Source: a virus
Taxonomy: Duplodnaviria > Heunggongvirae > Uroviricota > Caudoviricetes
IMG/VR virus record: IMGVR_UViG_3300049215_000227
Span: 103,998 to 167,997 of that record
Direction: 5' to 3' (one strand)
DNA length: 64,000 bases
Shown here: positions 9,815-19,644 of the stretch, piece after piece
How the letters are laid out: each line of letters starts with the position of its first letter
How positions within the stretch are numbered: the first letter of the stretch is position 1
Translations under genes and position numbers: made by a program
Notes under the pieces: generated by a model
Database searches by the model: none
Seen by the model: only the letters and a program-made list of their open reading frames with translations
What the model was told of the DNA's origin: nothing

Positions 9815-10136
9815 TCTTGCCAGGTGAAACTGTTTGACCAGCTTGAGTGGTCGGTCCACCGTTGGTGATAACCTGCTGACCTGGAACTACCTGAGCATTC
9901 TGCTGGATCTCATCCACAATATCCATGGCGATATCTGAGATGGCATCTGCTAGCTTAGCCCACATAGGATCTGCAATTGGTGGGTAGTTGGTGCCTTGAC
10001 CAACATCTGGCGAGAACACACGCGATAATCCTGCGTGGATACGACTTTGGAATTTTGCTTTCATTTCTGGTCCGACTAAAGGCATGCAGTGATTATACCT
10101 CTCAGTAGAATCTCCCATATGCCTTACATCAAACAA
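9807..10136 (-). CDS. hypothetical protein (minus strand)
   Basis: Only ORF filling the 9815-10088 gap. No motif. Confidence 0.25.
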   Translation of the reverse strand: MFDVRHMGDSTERYNHCMPLVGPEMKAKFQSRIHAGLSRVFSPDVGQGTNYPPIADPMWAKLADAISDIAMDIVDEIQQNAQVVPGQQVITNGGPTTQAGQTVSPGKII

Positions 10137-10376
10137 GAAGACAGAAACAGATTTAATGCCTTTACTAGGTCAATTGATGAGTTGGAGATTAAGTCGCCAG
10201 GCGAGTTGAACTACCTCATCACAGTGCTGACGCATCGTTACCTCAACATGAAGCCAGAGTCGTATCAGATGTACAACGATGCGATTGGTGCTCTCGAGGG
10301 TGCAAAGCTAGAACTCTATCGTAGGCACGTCGCTGCGTACGAGGATGAGAAGATTAGGGAGAACGGGGATGTTTAG
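10089..10376 (+). CDS. hypothetical protein
   Basis: 95 aa. Confidence 0.35.
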   Translation: MIIPLSRISHMPYIKQEDRNRFNAFTRSIDELEIKSPGELNYLITVLTHRYLNMKPESYQMYNDAIGALEGAKLELYRRHVAAYEDEKIRENGDV

Positions 10377-10701
10377 TAGCAGGATTATTGCCATTGGACT
10401 AGCAATCCTAGCTTCATATCTAATCGTCGATCATCTCAGCGTCAAGAAGCCCAAGTCGGGCGAATGCTACATGCAGTGGATTGATAAAGACTGGCCTGTA
10501 GAAATGATAGAGTATGACAAGGTTGTTTCGGTAGTCGGTGATGATGTTAAGTATGTCTACACCTTTCCCTTTTTAAAAGACGACGAGACGCCGTGGGTTG
10601 GTCATTGGTTCACTATGGCTAACGATAAGGATCTGAAGAACACGTCGGATAACTACCGCTACTTCATGAGACACCACAAATCAATTAAGTGTCCTTGGTG
10701 A
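10368..10701 (+). CDS. small membrane protein
   Basis: N-terminal transmembrane helix IIAIGLAILASYLIV. Confidence 0.4.
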
Positions 10702-10707
10702 GAAAGA

Positions 10708-11208
10708 ATGCTAATAGAGGTTTACAGTGACGGATCAGCAACAACAGCAGATCTCCCAGGCGGATGGGCATTTGTCGTCTGCGTACAAGGAGTTAAGGTC
10801 GCGGAGGGGTCGGGACACTTACCGAAAGCTACTAACAATATTGCAGAAATTACAGCTGCAATCAGCGGTCTCGAGTATGTTGCCACCCATGACATTCCAG
10901 GAGTATCTGGAGGAGATGAGGGACATCGTATTGTCCTCATTTCAGACTCCCAACTTACACTCCACTTCGCAGACGGATCATGGAATTGTAAGAAGCCACA
11001 TCTCCTACCTTACGTACTTAAACTCAGAAAGTACTACAGGCAACTCAACGCCGAAACAAGATGGGTGAGAGGTCATAACGGAGATGTCCAAAATGAAAGA
11101 TGCGATGAGCTCGCAAAGGCCGCACGAAACGGTTCCGTTCGAGAACCGAATAGCTATGATCAAAAGCCTGCGCTGGATGACGTCGGTCCTGGGAAGATTG
11201 GGACTTAG
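10708..11208 (+). CDS. rnhA: ribonuclease H
   Basis: RNase H1 fold motifs: EVYSDGS (Asp site), NNIAEITAAISGLEY, and HNGDVQNERCDELAK (His/Asp). Confidence 0.7.
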   Translation: MLIEVYSDGSATTADLPGGWAFVVCVQGVKVAEGSGHLPKATNNIAEITAAISGLEYVATHDIPGVSGGDEGHRIVLISDSQLTLHFADGSWNCKKPHLLPYVLKLRKYYRQLNAETRWVRGHNGDVQNERCDELAKAARNGSVREPNSYDQKPALDDVGPGKIGT

Positions 11209-11341
11209 CTCCTGCCGCTACGAGCACGATCCGTCCATCTATCTAAGACCATTCACTCTGGCGCAATTGAAGCAGAAAAAGACAACTCAGTACTCATACG
11301 GTTGGGGACTGAAGAAATCTAAAGATTTTGTTGAGCTTTAC

Positions 11342-11662
11342 TTAGACAGAAAAACTTGAACCGCAGCCGCAGCTCTTCTTGGCGTTTGGATTGGTGAAGG
11401 TGAAGCCTGTTCCGTTGAGTCCATCGCTATGATCAAGCAAAGTTCCAGCTAGGAATATGTTGCTTTTAGAGTCGATCACGACCTTGATATCACCGTCTAC
11501 TACAAACAGCTTATCCCTGTCTGTAACCGTAGCTGGATCTACCCATTCTAGCTTATAGCTAAGACCCGAGCATCCGCCTCCCATAACGGAGACGCGCAAG
11601 GCCTTATCGCCTTCTCTTAGCGATCTTAGTTTTTGCGCTGCCGCGACGGATACGGAGATCAT
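11342..11662 (-). CDS. Fe-S cluster A-type carrier (IscA/ErpA/HesB family)
   Basis: 106 aa with GGGCSG...CGCGSSF, the three conserved Cys of A-type carriers. Confidence 0.7.
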   Translation of the reverse strand: MISVSVAAAQKLRSLREGDKALRVSVMGGGCSGLSYKLEWVDPATVTDRDKLFVVDGDIKVVIDSKSNIFLAGTLLDHSDGLNGTGFTFTNPNAKKSCGCGSSFSV

Positions 11663-11671
11663 CTCTCTATT

Positions 11672-13498
11672 TTACAGCGAGCATATGCCAGAAGCACAAT
11701 CGTCTACCACTTCTAGATCGGTAGCGTGCTTCTCGGTGAAGCGTACCTTAGCCTCGTCGATGCTGATTGGGGTTAGAGGAGGTGGTTCTACCGTGCCGTC
11801 AGCTCTCACCATGCCTCTGGTGCCATCTCTATAGAAGGTAGTCCCCTTCAAATGTGGTAAGTATTCCAACCACAGCTTCTCGACTTCCTCTATAGGATAA
11901 TCGTGAGCGATGTTGATGGTTTTGGATACGGCATTATCTACGTGCTTCTGGACGATCTTTTGGACCTCCATGTGATCCCTAACAGATAGGTCGTGCGAGC
12001 CAATGAAGTGATCAACTGGGCGACCCTCTCTCATGAACTGCTCGAAGAGTGGGTGAAACACTAGCTCCATCTTGCGCTCTTCCTTATCCCAGTAGCGACG
12101 CTCATAAGCTGGAGCAAACATAGGTTCAATACCTGAGCTACAGTTGCCAGAAAGAATAGAGACAGTTCCAGTTGGTGCTTGAGTAAGGATGCAGCAGTTG
12201 CGAATGCCATGCTCAGCCACGAGGGAACGAATCTTGGCCGGCATGCGCTTCATGAAGCCAGACTCAATGTGCTTATCTGGTTGACAAAGAGGGAATGCAC
12301 CCTTCTCCACAGCCAGCATGATAGATGCTTCGTACGCAGCTTTAGAGATGAAGCGATACAGCTTATCAATGAATTTGTTGCCTTCCTCAGAGCCATAACG
12401 AAGTCCAAGAATAGCCAAAGTATCAGCTAGTGCAGTTGTTCCTAAGCCGATGCGGCGAAGAGCTTGGCTCTTGGCCTTCATCTCAGGTAGAGGATACGAG
12501 TTAACAGAGAGAACATTGTCGAGAAACCTAACAGCAGTACGAATAGTATTGCCAAGCAGAGCATAGTCAATACTGCCATTATTGATAAAACGAGTGAGAA
12601 CAAGATGTCCAAGGCAGCAACAATCGTACGCGCTGAGAGCGATCTCACCGCATGGGTTAGTCGTGACCAGAGGCTCGATGTACCAGATGTTTGATTCACT
12701 CTCTACGAGCTCCCAGTTAAGAAATCCAGGCTCGGCGCAGTTGTATGCGTTGTGAACGATGGTGTTCCATAGGTCACGAGCCTTCACTGTTCTCTTATAC
12801 TTACCCTTCCACACGAGTTCCCAGTCCCCATCGTTCTTGACTGCCTTAATGAACTCCTTAGTGTGCTTGGAGCGAACGGATACGTTGGCGTGGGTAAGCT
12901 CACCTTTATTTAACTTAGCGTTCAAGAACTCCTCAACGTCAGGATGGTCTAAGTCTAAGCTGAACATAAGTGCAACGCGACGTTGTCCACCGTTCCGAAC
13001 TGGGTCTGCGCAGTTGTCAATGAGACGCATGAGCTCGACCGCACCAGGCGCAACGCCTTTCTGACCGCGAATCTCGGCACCCTTAGGGCGAACGTCTGAG
13101 AAGTCGTCGCCGCATCCACCGCCAGTCATAGAAGTAACGATCATGTTGAACGCAGACTTACCCCATCCCTCTTTAGAATCCTTGGCAGGATCAAGGACGA
13201 AGCAGTTAAGCAGTTGAGGATTGGTGCGACCCGAGTTGTACCAGATGCGTCCGCCAGGAACAAACAGGTTTGCCGCTAGGATATTGTAGAACTTCTCTCT
13301 GTATTGCTGCTGCTTCTCCGGAAGTTCAGCAATAGACATCTGCTGAGCGACGCGAGCACAAGCTTCCTCCCACGTCTCAGTATCAGTAAATGCGTATCTG
13401 TCTTTGAATATGGTTAGAGAAAAGCCGGTCGGGGAGAAATTAGTTACCACTGATGCCGCTCCACTAGAATTTGTTGTCATGCGAAAGGTATAAATCAA
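11672..13498 (-). CDS. nrd: ribonucleotide reductase (probably class II, NrdJ-like, monomeric)
   Basis: 608 aa with the TNPCGEI active-site Cys motif and a C-terminal CxxC-type tail. No beta-subunit gene nearby, hence the class II guess. Confidence 0.7.
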   Translation of the reverse strand: MIYTFRMTTNSSGAASVVTNFSPTGFSLTIFKDRYAFTDTETWEEACARVAQQMSIAELPEKQQQYREKFYNILAANLFVPGGRIWYNSGRTNPQLLNCFVLDPAKDSKEGWGKSAFNMIVTSMTGGGCGDDFSDVRPKGAEIRGQKGVAPGAVELMRLIDNCADPVRNGGQRRVALMFSLDLDHPDVEEFLNAKLNKGELTHANVSVRSKHTKEFIKAVKNDGDWELVWKGKYKRTVKARDLWNTIVHNAYNCAEPGFLNWELVESESNIWYIEPLVTTNPCGEIALSAYDCCCLGHLVLTRFINNGSIDYALLGNTIRTAVRFLDNVLSVNSYPLPEMKAKSQALRRIGLGTTALADTLAILGLRYGSEEGNKFIDKLYRFISKAAYEASIMLAVEKGAFPLCQPDKHIESGFMKRMPAKIRSLVAEHGIRNCCILTQAPTGTVSILSGNCSSGIEPMFAPAYERRYWDKEERKMELVFHPLFEQFMREGRPVDHFIGSHDLSVRDHMEVQKIVQKHVDNAVSKTINIAHDYPIEEVEKLWLEYLPHLKGTTFYRDGTRGMVRADGTVEPPPLTPISIDEAKVRFTEKHATDLEVVDDCASGICSL

Positions 13499-13532
13499 TT
13501 CTACACGGCGATGACGTTAATGGAGAATAAAA

Positions 13533-14201
13533 ATGGAACAGAGTGTTAAGCTAGTTGCGATCACTGAAGGTGCGAATGAGCTCGTGGGAAAATCCGCGCA
13601 AGACATCATATCGTACGTCGCGCGAGTGTCCAATCCCAACAACCAGATGAGTTTTGAAACGGGAAGTAAGCTTATAAAGTATTGTATCACGCACGATCAT
13701 TGGAGCATCTTTGAGCACGCGTTCGTCACCATGGAAATTAAGACGTCGCGGGCGATCGCCGCTCAGATTCTTCGTCATCGCTCCTTTACGTTTCAAGAGT
13801 TTAGTCAGCGATACGCCGTTGCTCAAGACTTTGTAAAGTATGAGGCGCGGCGCCAAGATGCAAAGAATCGTCAGAACTCCATCAACGACATGTCAGATAT
13901 TGATAAGGCGTGGTTTGAGGTAGCTCAGGATAACGTTTGGAATAAGGCGAACGAGCTGTATCAAGAAGCGTTACAGCGAGGTGTTGCTAAGGAGCAGGCT
14001 AGGTTCCTGTTACCGCTGAATACGGCCACTACTATTTACATGACGGGGTCAGTGCGCTCGTGGATTCACTATATTCAACTTAGAAGCGGTAATGGAACTC
14101 AGAAAGAACATGCTGACATTGCAAACGGGTGCAAAAGTATAATCGCGGAAAGATTTCCGGACGTAGCGAAAGCTCTGGAATGGATTGAAGGGGAAAAATG
14201 A
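13533..14201 (+). CDS. thyX: FAD-dependent thymidylate synthase ThyX
   Basis: ThyX signature RHRSFTFQEFSQRY (RHRx7SxR), an HWSIFEH motif, and a length of 222 aa. Confidence 0.8.
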   Translation: MEQSVKLVAITEGANELVGKSAQDIISYVARVSNPNNQMSFETGSKLIKYCITHDHWSIFEHAFVTMEIKTSRAIAAQILRHRSFTFQEFSQRYAVAQDFVKYEARRQDAKNRQNSINDMSDIDKAWFEVAQDNVWNKANELYQEALQRGVAKEQARFLLPLNTATTIYMTGSVRSWIHYIQLRSGNGTQKEHADIANGCKSIIAERFPDVAKALEWIEGEK

Positions 14202-14437
14202 AACAGAATATTATCGTGGGCGCAGTTGCCCTGTTGTTGGGTTTGGTTATTGGCGGATCGCTTAGCGGCGGTTCTTATCAGAAGGGTAGATTGTCGGCTT
14301 GCAACGACATCACCGGTATGCTGAATCAGAGCATGCCTATGCAGCTTGAATGCGTTGCTGAGAAGGGTGACGTGTTTATCACCTCGCCGTTCTTCAACGG
14401 CAAGAAGGTCACGCTCGACGGCAAGCTTGCTAACTAA
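14198..14437 (+). CDS. small membrane protein
   Basis: Transmembrane segment IIVGAVALLLGLVIGG. Confidence 0.4.
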   Translation: MKQNIIVGAVALLLGLVIGGSLSGGSYQKGRLSACNDITGMLNQSMPMQLECVAEKGDVFITSPFFNGKKVTLDGKLAN

Positions 14438-15156
14438 TTAGAGAGAGTTCCGCGGCCAGGGGCTTTGTTCTCATCGAAGCCTTTGGCCTCGTTTCCCTGC
14501 TTTTCACCTTTGTGGACATCTTTGTCCTTGCCGTTGTAAGGTGCGCCTTTAACGTCTTCTTTCTTTGACTCCTTTTCTGGAGCCATTTCCATCACTTTAA
14601 ACTTGCCCTTGTTGTGGACTTCAGGGTCTTCATCCTTAACCATGTGGATCTTTCCACCAGGTCCAACATCTTTTGAGCGAAGCTTAGGATTTGCTTCCCT
14701 GTTAGTGCCGTCATCAAGTGCCCACTGACCGTTCTTATGAAGGGTGAGCTTCTCTTCTGTTGACTTCTTCCACTTGTCAGGCTCAACGCCAGCTGCCACG
14801 CAGACAGCGTGCGGATTTCTTACACCTGGACTTTTCTCTTTAACTTCTCTAGCGCAGCGATCGTGCTTAGTCTCTTCAGCCATCTGCATCGCATCCTGAG
14901 CTCCACCTGGAGAAGCGCTGATCATCTGCTTATTCATGCCTTCAGATCTGTACATGCCACCTTGTCCACCAGATGTTCCGGTGACAGCATTAGGGGCAGC
15001 AGAGTACGACATGTTGACGTTCTTCTTTAGGTCCTTCTTGCAGGGACAATCTTTAGGACAGAGCTTCGCATCCTTATGGGTGTGAGGGCAGATCGCCTTA
15101 TTCAGTTCTTCTTTGAATTCTTTGAACTTATCAATGAGCTGGTCGATCTTTGTCAT
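14434..15156 (-). CDS. Lys/Gly-rich low-complexity protein
   Basis: 240 aa, KDCPCKKD, many K/G/E residues. Confidence 0.4.
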   Translation of the reverse strand: MTKIDQLIDKFKEFKEELNKAICPHTHKDAKLCPKDCPCKKDLKKNVNMSYSAAPNAVTGTSGGQGGMYRSEGMNKQMISASPGGAQDAMQMAEETKHDRCAREVKEKSPGVRNPHAVCVAAGVEPDKWKKSTEEKLTLHKNGQWALDDGTNREANPKLRSKDVGPGGKIHMVKDEDPEVHNKGKFKVMEMAPEKESKKEDVKGAPYNGKDKDVHKGEKQGNEAKGFDENKAPGRGTLSN

Positions 15157-15213
15157 AACCTAATTTTACCAGAGTCTAGGGTTAGGGCCCAAACCGGGAA
15201 GTACAATGACTTC

Positions 15214-15906
15214 ATGGAGACAAAGCTAATGTCAAATGAGGATTTCGACCTGGATAAGTTGCTTAAGTTGCCTGGCCACAGTAGCTCAAACGAGATCGTG
15301 GTTAATGACTTCAACGAGAGCGCAGCCCAAGAGTTCAGAGATAAGCTTCTAGATGCTTCTAAAGGCGATCCGCAAAGACCCATCGTAGTCTACATTGACT
15401 CCTACGGCGGACAGGTAGATGCCCTAGCTAAGATGATCGAGACTATGGACGAGGTTCCTAATCCCATCATCACCGTAGCTATTGGTAAAGCCATGAGCTG
15501 TGGCGCTGTACTGCTGAGTCATGGTGACATTAGGTTCTGCGGTAAGCATGCCAGAGTGATGGTACACGAGGTTAGTGGTGGAGCTGGTGGAGACGTTCAC
15601 GACGTATACGGGGACGCCACAGAGATGAAGCGCCTTAACAAGTGGTTTATGGGATTGCTAGCCAAGAACTGCGGCATCAAGGGTGGATACGAAGCGTTGC
15701 GCAAGATGATAAAGAACGCCGACGGTCGCAATCACTACATGGATGCAGAATCAGCGGTAAAATTTGGCATTGCGGACTGCGTAGGAATGCCCAAGGTAAA
15801 CAGGCTAAAGCTCTATCAAGTAGAAGTTACTCCTGAAAAACCACGCATCACTAAGCCAAAACCAGAAAAGAAACAACGCGGTAAAAATCCCGAGACGAAG
15901 CGCTGA
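15214..15906 (+). CDS. ClpP/S14-S49-like serine protease
   Basis: IVVYIDSYGGQVDA...AIGKAMSCGAVLL...VMVHEV follows the ClpP Ser/His layout. Start chosen at an in-frame Met. A second copy lies at 33932..34762. Confidence 0.55.
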   Translation: METKLMSNEDFDLDKLLKLPGHSSSNEIVVNDFNESAAQEFRDKLLDASKGDPQRPIVVYIDSYGGQVDALAKMIETMDEVPNPIITVAIGKAMSCGAVLLSHGDIRFCGKHARVMVHEVSGGAGGDVHDVYGDATEMKRLNKWFMGLLAKNCGIKGGYEALRKMIKNADGRNHYMDAESAVKFGIADCVGMPKVNRLKLYQVEVTPEKPRITKPKPEKKQRGKNPETKR

Positions 15907-15926
15907 TACCGCGGAGGATTCACTAG

Positions 15927-16295
15927 ATGTCAAATAACGATGTTAAAGAGTCTGAAAACAACGCATTGCAGGAAGTATCGAGTAAGGTGGTTATTACCCC
16001 CGAAGACTGCTCTGGCGCTGCCGACTTCTGGACACACTTCGATGTCCCAATGCCCCAAGAGCTCAAAGACGCGTTTGCCGCGTTCGCGAAGAACCCTAGC
16101 TTTGAGAATCAAAATGCTGTCAAGCTGCAGCTTTGCAAGGCCATCGGTTACACCGAGCACGACGCCTTCAACGACGAGATGTTCAAGGAGATCACCGAGG
16201 AGTGCCGTAACGTAACGTACGACATGTCTTTCGATCGCTCCCTCGAGGACACTCTGGCGCCGGCTAGCACCTCAAAAGAGGGAGACAATAAGTAA
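15927..16295 (+). CDS. acidic hypothetical protein
   Basis: 122 aa. RBS GGAGGA. Confidence 0.45.
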   Translation: MSNNDVKESENNALQEVSSKVVITPEDCSGAADFWTHFDVPMPQELKDAFAAFAKNPSFENQNAVKLQLCKAIGYTEHDAFNDEMFKEITEECRNVTYDMSFDRSLEDTLAPASTSKEGDNK

Positions 16296-16344
16296 CTTAG
16301 GTTGTCACTTAAACGAGTGATACAATTAACCTAAGGGAGACTAA

Positions 16345-16647
16345 TTGTCTAAAAAATCCAAGCGCGGTAAACGCGCCAAGGAACCACTACATTACGACCC
16401 ACCATTCGAGCACGAGGAGGAAGAACTGCCTCCCAAGGAGTCAACTCCTAAGTATCGAGTGAAGATGGCTTATCTCTTGGATCAAGAGGAAGTCAACAGG
16501 TTGATTGAAGCTTCCTCTGCGCCTTTACCCGAAATAGCTCAGCCGGAACCTACCATCCACTTCAACTCGTACACGGAAGAGGAAGTTCAATCCCTTTTAG
16601 AGGGTGACTTTAAGCCTCGCAAGACCAAGAAAAAGAAGTCGTCCTGA
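16345..16647 (+). CDS. basic/acidic hypothetical protein (TTG start)
   Basis: TTG start after AAGGGAGA. Lys-rich ends. Confidence 0.4.
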   Translation: MSKKSKRGKRAKEPLHYDPPFEHEEEELPPKESTPKYRVKMAYLLDQEEVNRLIEASSAPLPEIAQPEPTIHFNSYTEEEVQSLLEGDFKPRKTKKKKSS

Positions 16648-16674
16648 TCTTATATCATGCTGGGAGAAATCCGC

Positions 16675-17706
16675 ATGAAAAAGATTATGTTCTTCTTAGT
16701 TGTGCTTCTTGTTGCTTGTCCTCGAGCCATGTCAGATTCGTCTAAGGAGTGGCCGTGCAACAGGTTCATCAAGAACTGGGGCATCTGCAACACTAACAGG
16801 GTGCAGAGTGACATCCACGCTGTAGAGTCGTGGAAGCTTACCCGTCCCAGCAAGAAGGTTGTTGTGGCTGTCATCGACACGGGCGTGTCTGAGGGTCATA
16901 GAGACCTCGCGAGTACCATCTGGATTGATCAGGATGAGCTTAAGCGGCATCGTACTGTGTATGGATGGAACTTCGTTACAGATCAACCTAACCCGTTAGA
17001 CGATCACGGACACGGCACCCACATTGCTGGCATCATCGCTGCTGACTATGACTCAAAGACTGGGGTCTCTGGTGTAGCGCCAGGTGTTCAGATCATGTCC
17101 GTCAAGTACTATTCAGACGCGAATCCTGGGTCTGTCAACCTGCGCAACACGATCAAAGCTATCAACTACGCCGTAGAGCACGGCGCGCAAATCATCAACT
17201 ATAGCGGAGGTGGACCTGAGTTCAACGAGGACGAGTATTTGGCCCTTAAAAAGGCAGAATCTAAGGGAATATTGGTTGTGGCTGCAGCTGGCAACGAGCA
17301 TCAGGATGTGGACTTAGTGGAAAACTACTACTACCCGTCTGCGTATCGTCTCTCTAACATCATCTCGGTCGCAGCAATCGACATCAATAACAACCTGTTG
17401 CCGTCGTCCAACTACGGAAAATCTAGGGTAGATATTGCTGCGCCCGGAGAAAACATCTACAGCACGCTGCCCGGTCAGAGGTTCGGATATATGAGTGGAA
17501 CTTCACAGGCAACAGCCTTTGTTACAGGTGTCGCTGCTCTACTTAAGTCTTGCAACTCGCGACTTAGTCCAACTCAAATTAAGTCGATCATCCTTGAGTC
17601 TGCATACAAGATTCCGCAGATGAGCGACAGAGTTGCCACTGGAGGAAGGGTTGACGCATATCGCGCGTTGAAGCTTGCTCACGATCGCCACATGTGCGTG
17701 AGGTAA
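16675..17706 (+). CDS. secreted subtilisin-like serine protease (S8)
   Basis: Signal peptide MKKIMFFLVVLLVA. Catalytic triad motifs VAVIDTGV (Asp), HGHGTHIAGIIAA (His), GTSQATAFVTG (Ser). Confidence 0.75.
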   Translation: MKKIMFFLVVLLVACPRAMSDSSKEWPCNRFIKNWGICNTNRVQSDIHAVESWKLTRPSKKVVVAVIDTGVSEGHRDLASTIWIDQDELKRHRTVYGWNFVTDQPNPLDDHGHGTHIAGIIAADYDSKTGVSGVAPGVQIMSVKYYSDANPGSVNLRNTIKAINYAVEHGAQIINYSGGGPEFNEDEYLALKKAESKGILVVAAAGNEHQDVDLVENYYYPSAYRLSNIISVAAIDINNNLLPSSNYGKSRVDIAAPGENIYSTLPGQRFGYMSGTSQATAFVTGVAALLKSCNSRLSPTQIKSIILESAYKIPQMSDRVATGGRVDAYRALKLAHDRHMCVR

Positions 17707-17752
17707 TCTCTGGTAAAATTAATCTCTAAGGGAAATCCCTACAGGAGATAGC

Positions 17753-18457
17753 ATGTTAATTGAAGCTGTGCGCAAGGTGTTTCGAGTTTTAACGTTACTC
17801 TCAACCTGCGTTTTCATGGTGGTGGGACTAGCGACTTGCGCGACGACTTTAATCCCTTACAAAGGGGTTTCCAGTATCCAGATCGAGCCAAATCTTCCTA
17901 AGCTGGAACTTGCTGACAAGATTGATCCAGTCGGAGCAACCGTCAGGCTGTATAAGAACGGTCAGTTCATATGCAGCGGCGTGGTCATCGGCAAAAACTA
18001 CCTCTTAACTGCTTCTCACTGCATGGTTGACGAAGATTTAGTGATGAAGAAGGATAAGTTTACTGTGAGCAACGCCTCCGGCGAGATAATTGCTTTAGGT
18101 AAGCCAGCAGGAGTAAACACCAGAATGGATTGGGGTTTGCTAGAAGGTAACTTCTCCGCGTTTCCTGCTGCGCCTCTCGTTACAACTAGAATCCCTCAAG
18201 GTGAGGTTGCTGCGTGCGGATACCCTCAGGGTTCTCACGACCTCATGTGCTCTCCATTAGTTACAGTCATCAACGACACGTTCTTCATCAAGTGCCAAGG
18301 AGTTATCTTTCCTGGCATGAGTGGTGGACCAGTGTTTGACGCTCAAGGAAACGTGGTTGGACTCAACGTTGCCGTCTACGGAATAGATGAGCACGGCGGA
18401 TCGCAGATCACCCCTACACTAGCGATCCTCGCCAACTTCGGCATTGGACCGAACTAA
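17753..18457 (+). CDS. trypsin-like (S1) serine protease, membrane-anchored
   Basis: N-terminal transmembrane helix, LTASHC (His), GMSGGPVFD (Ser). Confidence 0.65.
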   Translation: MLIEAVRKVFRVLTLLSTCVFMVVGLATCATTLIPYKGVSSIQIEPNLPKLELADKIDPVGATVRLYKNGQFICSGVVIGKNYLLTASHCMVDEDLVMKKDKFTVSNASGEIIALGKPAGVNTRMDWGLLEGNFSAFPAAPLVTTRIPQGEVAACGYPQGSHDLMCSPLVTVINDTFFIKCQGVIFPGMSGGPVFDAQGNVVGLNVAVYGIDEHGGSQITPTLAILANFGIGPN

Positions 18458-18458
18458 G

Positions 18459-18472
18459 ATCCTGATCGTATA
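18459..18472 (+). promoter_or_regulatory. promoter-like motif A (CCTGATCGTATAAT)
   Basis: yCTGATCGTATAAT, with a -10-like TATAAT, recurs at 18459, 30899, 52201, 59401 and as a variant at 52681, each just upstream of a gene or tRNA array. Confidence 0.45.
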
Positions 18473-18495
18473 ATCTTGCGGAGGAAATCCGCGAG

Positions 18496-19644
18496 ATGAA
18501 AACTCTACCGACGCTTTACAAGAAGACGTCAACCGGTGCTATCCAGATGTGGAGCATTGGAGTTGACAAGAACGTCATAGTGGTGGAACATGGCCAAAAA
18601 GACGGCAAGATCCAAAGGTCGGAAGAGACGATCAAAGAGGGTAAAAACCTCGGACGATCAAACGAAACAACTCCAAGCGAGCAGGCGCTCCTGGAGGCTA
18701 CGTCTAAGTGGGAAGGCAAGATTAAGAAGGGCTACGTCGAGGATTTGAGTCGCGCTGCTGCCGGCGAGAAGGACATTGACGGCGGCTATGACTGCATGCT
18801 CGCCCATAAGTTTGCTGATCACGGTCACAAGATTTCTTATCCTGCCTATATCCAACCAAAGCTAAACGGTCATCGCTGCCTTGCCATCGTTGATGACGGG
18901 GTTGCAACACTGTGGTCTCGCACTCGCAAGCCTATCACCAGCATGCCTCACATCATTAAGGAGTTGCAGGATGTCTATCCGAGCGGCTATCACGAACTTG
19001 ACGGTGAGTTGTACAATCATGCCCTTAAGGATAGCTTCGAGGATCTTGCTTCTCTTATTAGACAAACAGACCCAAAGCCAAACTGCACAGACGTCCATTA
19101 CTATCTCTACGACAAGAAGATGGATGGCGGATTCGCAGATAGAATTGAGCGACTCTACGGAGAGTTGCACGGATACGAGAAGTCAAAAGCAACCCTGAAG
19201 TATCTAGTCCTCACGGAGACCGTCCTGGTTAAAGACGAAGACGAGATGATGCAGACCTTTGAGGCTTATCTTGCCAAAGGGTATGAAGGCGCTATGGCGC
19301 GCAACGCTAAAGGCTCATACGTCGGTAAGCGCAGCTACGACCTCCAGAAGATCAAGGAGTTCCAGGATGATGACTATGAGATCACAGACCTCGAAGAGGG
19401 TCGCGGAACGTATGCTGGCTGCGGCATCTTTGTCTGCCGTATCCCAACAGCTAAGCATCCTCATCCTTGCACGTGCATTGAGTGTGCCTTTAGAGTTAAG
19501 ATGCGCGGTCCCAAGGAAGGTCTGAGAGAGTTTTGGACGAACTCGCACAAGTATGTGGGTAAAATTCTTGTGGTTAAGTATCAGTACATCTCCAAGTACG
19601 GCATCCCAATCTTTCCGGTTGGGGAAAGGTTCAGTGATAAATGA
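18496..19644 (+). CDS. ATP-dependent ligase-like nucleotidyltransferase (DNA/RNA ligase)
   Basis: KLNGHR (a motif I variant of KxDGxR), DGELY (motif III), EGAMAR (motif IV), DLQKIKEF (motif V). Confidence 0.55.
   Translation: MKTLPTLYKKTSTGAIQMWSIGVDKNVIVVEHGQKDGKIQRSEETIKEGKNLGRSNETTPSEQALLEATSKWEGKIKKGYVEDLSRAAAGEKDIDGGYDCMLAHKFADHGHKISYPAYIQPKLNGHRCLAIVDDGVATLWSRTRKPITSMPHIIKELQDVYPSGYHELDGELYNHALKDSFEDLASLIRQTDPKPNCTDVHYYLYDKKMDGGFADRIERLYGELHGYEKSKATLKYLVLTETVLVKDEDEMMQTFEAYLAKGYEGAMARNAKGSYVGKRSYDLQKIKEFQDDDYEITDLEEGRGTYAGCGIFVCRIPTAKHPHPCTCIECAFRVKMRGPKEGLREFWTNSHKYVGKILVVKYQYISKYGIPIFPVGERFSDK

Noticed and set aside
18516-19548. Minus-strand and alternative-frame ORFs inside the ligase gene (18516..18719-, 18658..18855-, 18722..18910-, 18862..19170-, 18881..19198+, 19259..19525+, 19315..19548-)
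   Set aside because: They are nested within a gene that has the full ligase motif set, have no RBS, and show shadow-ORF composition.
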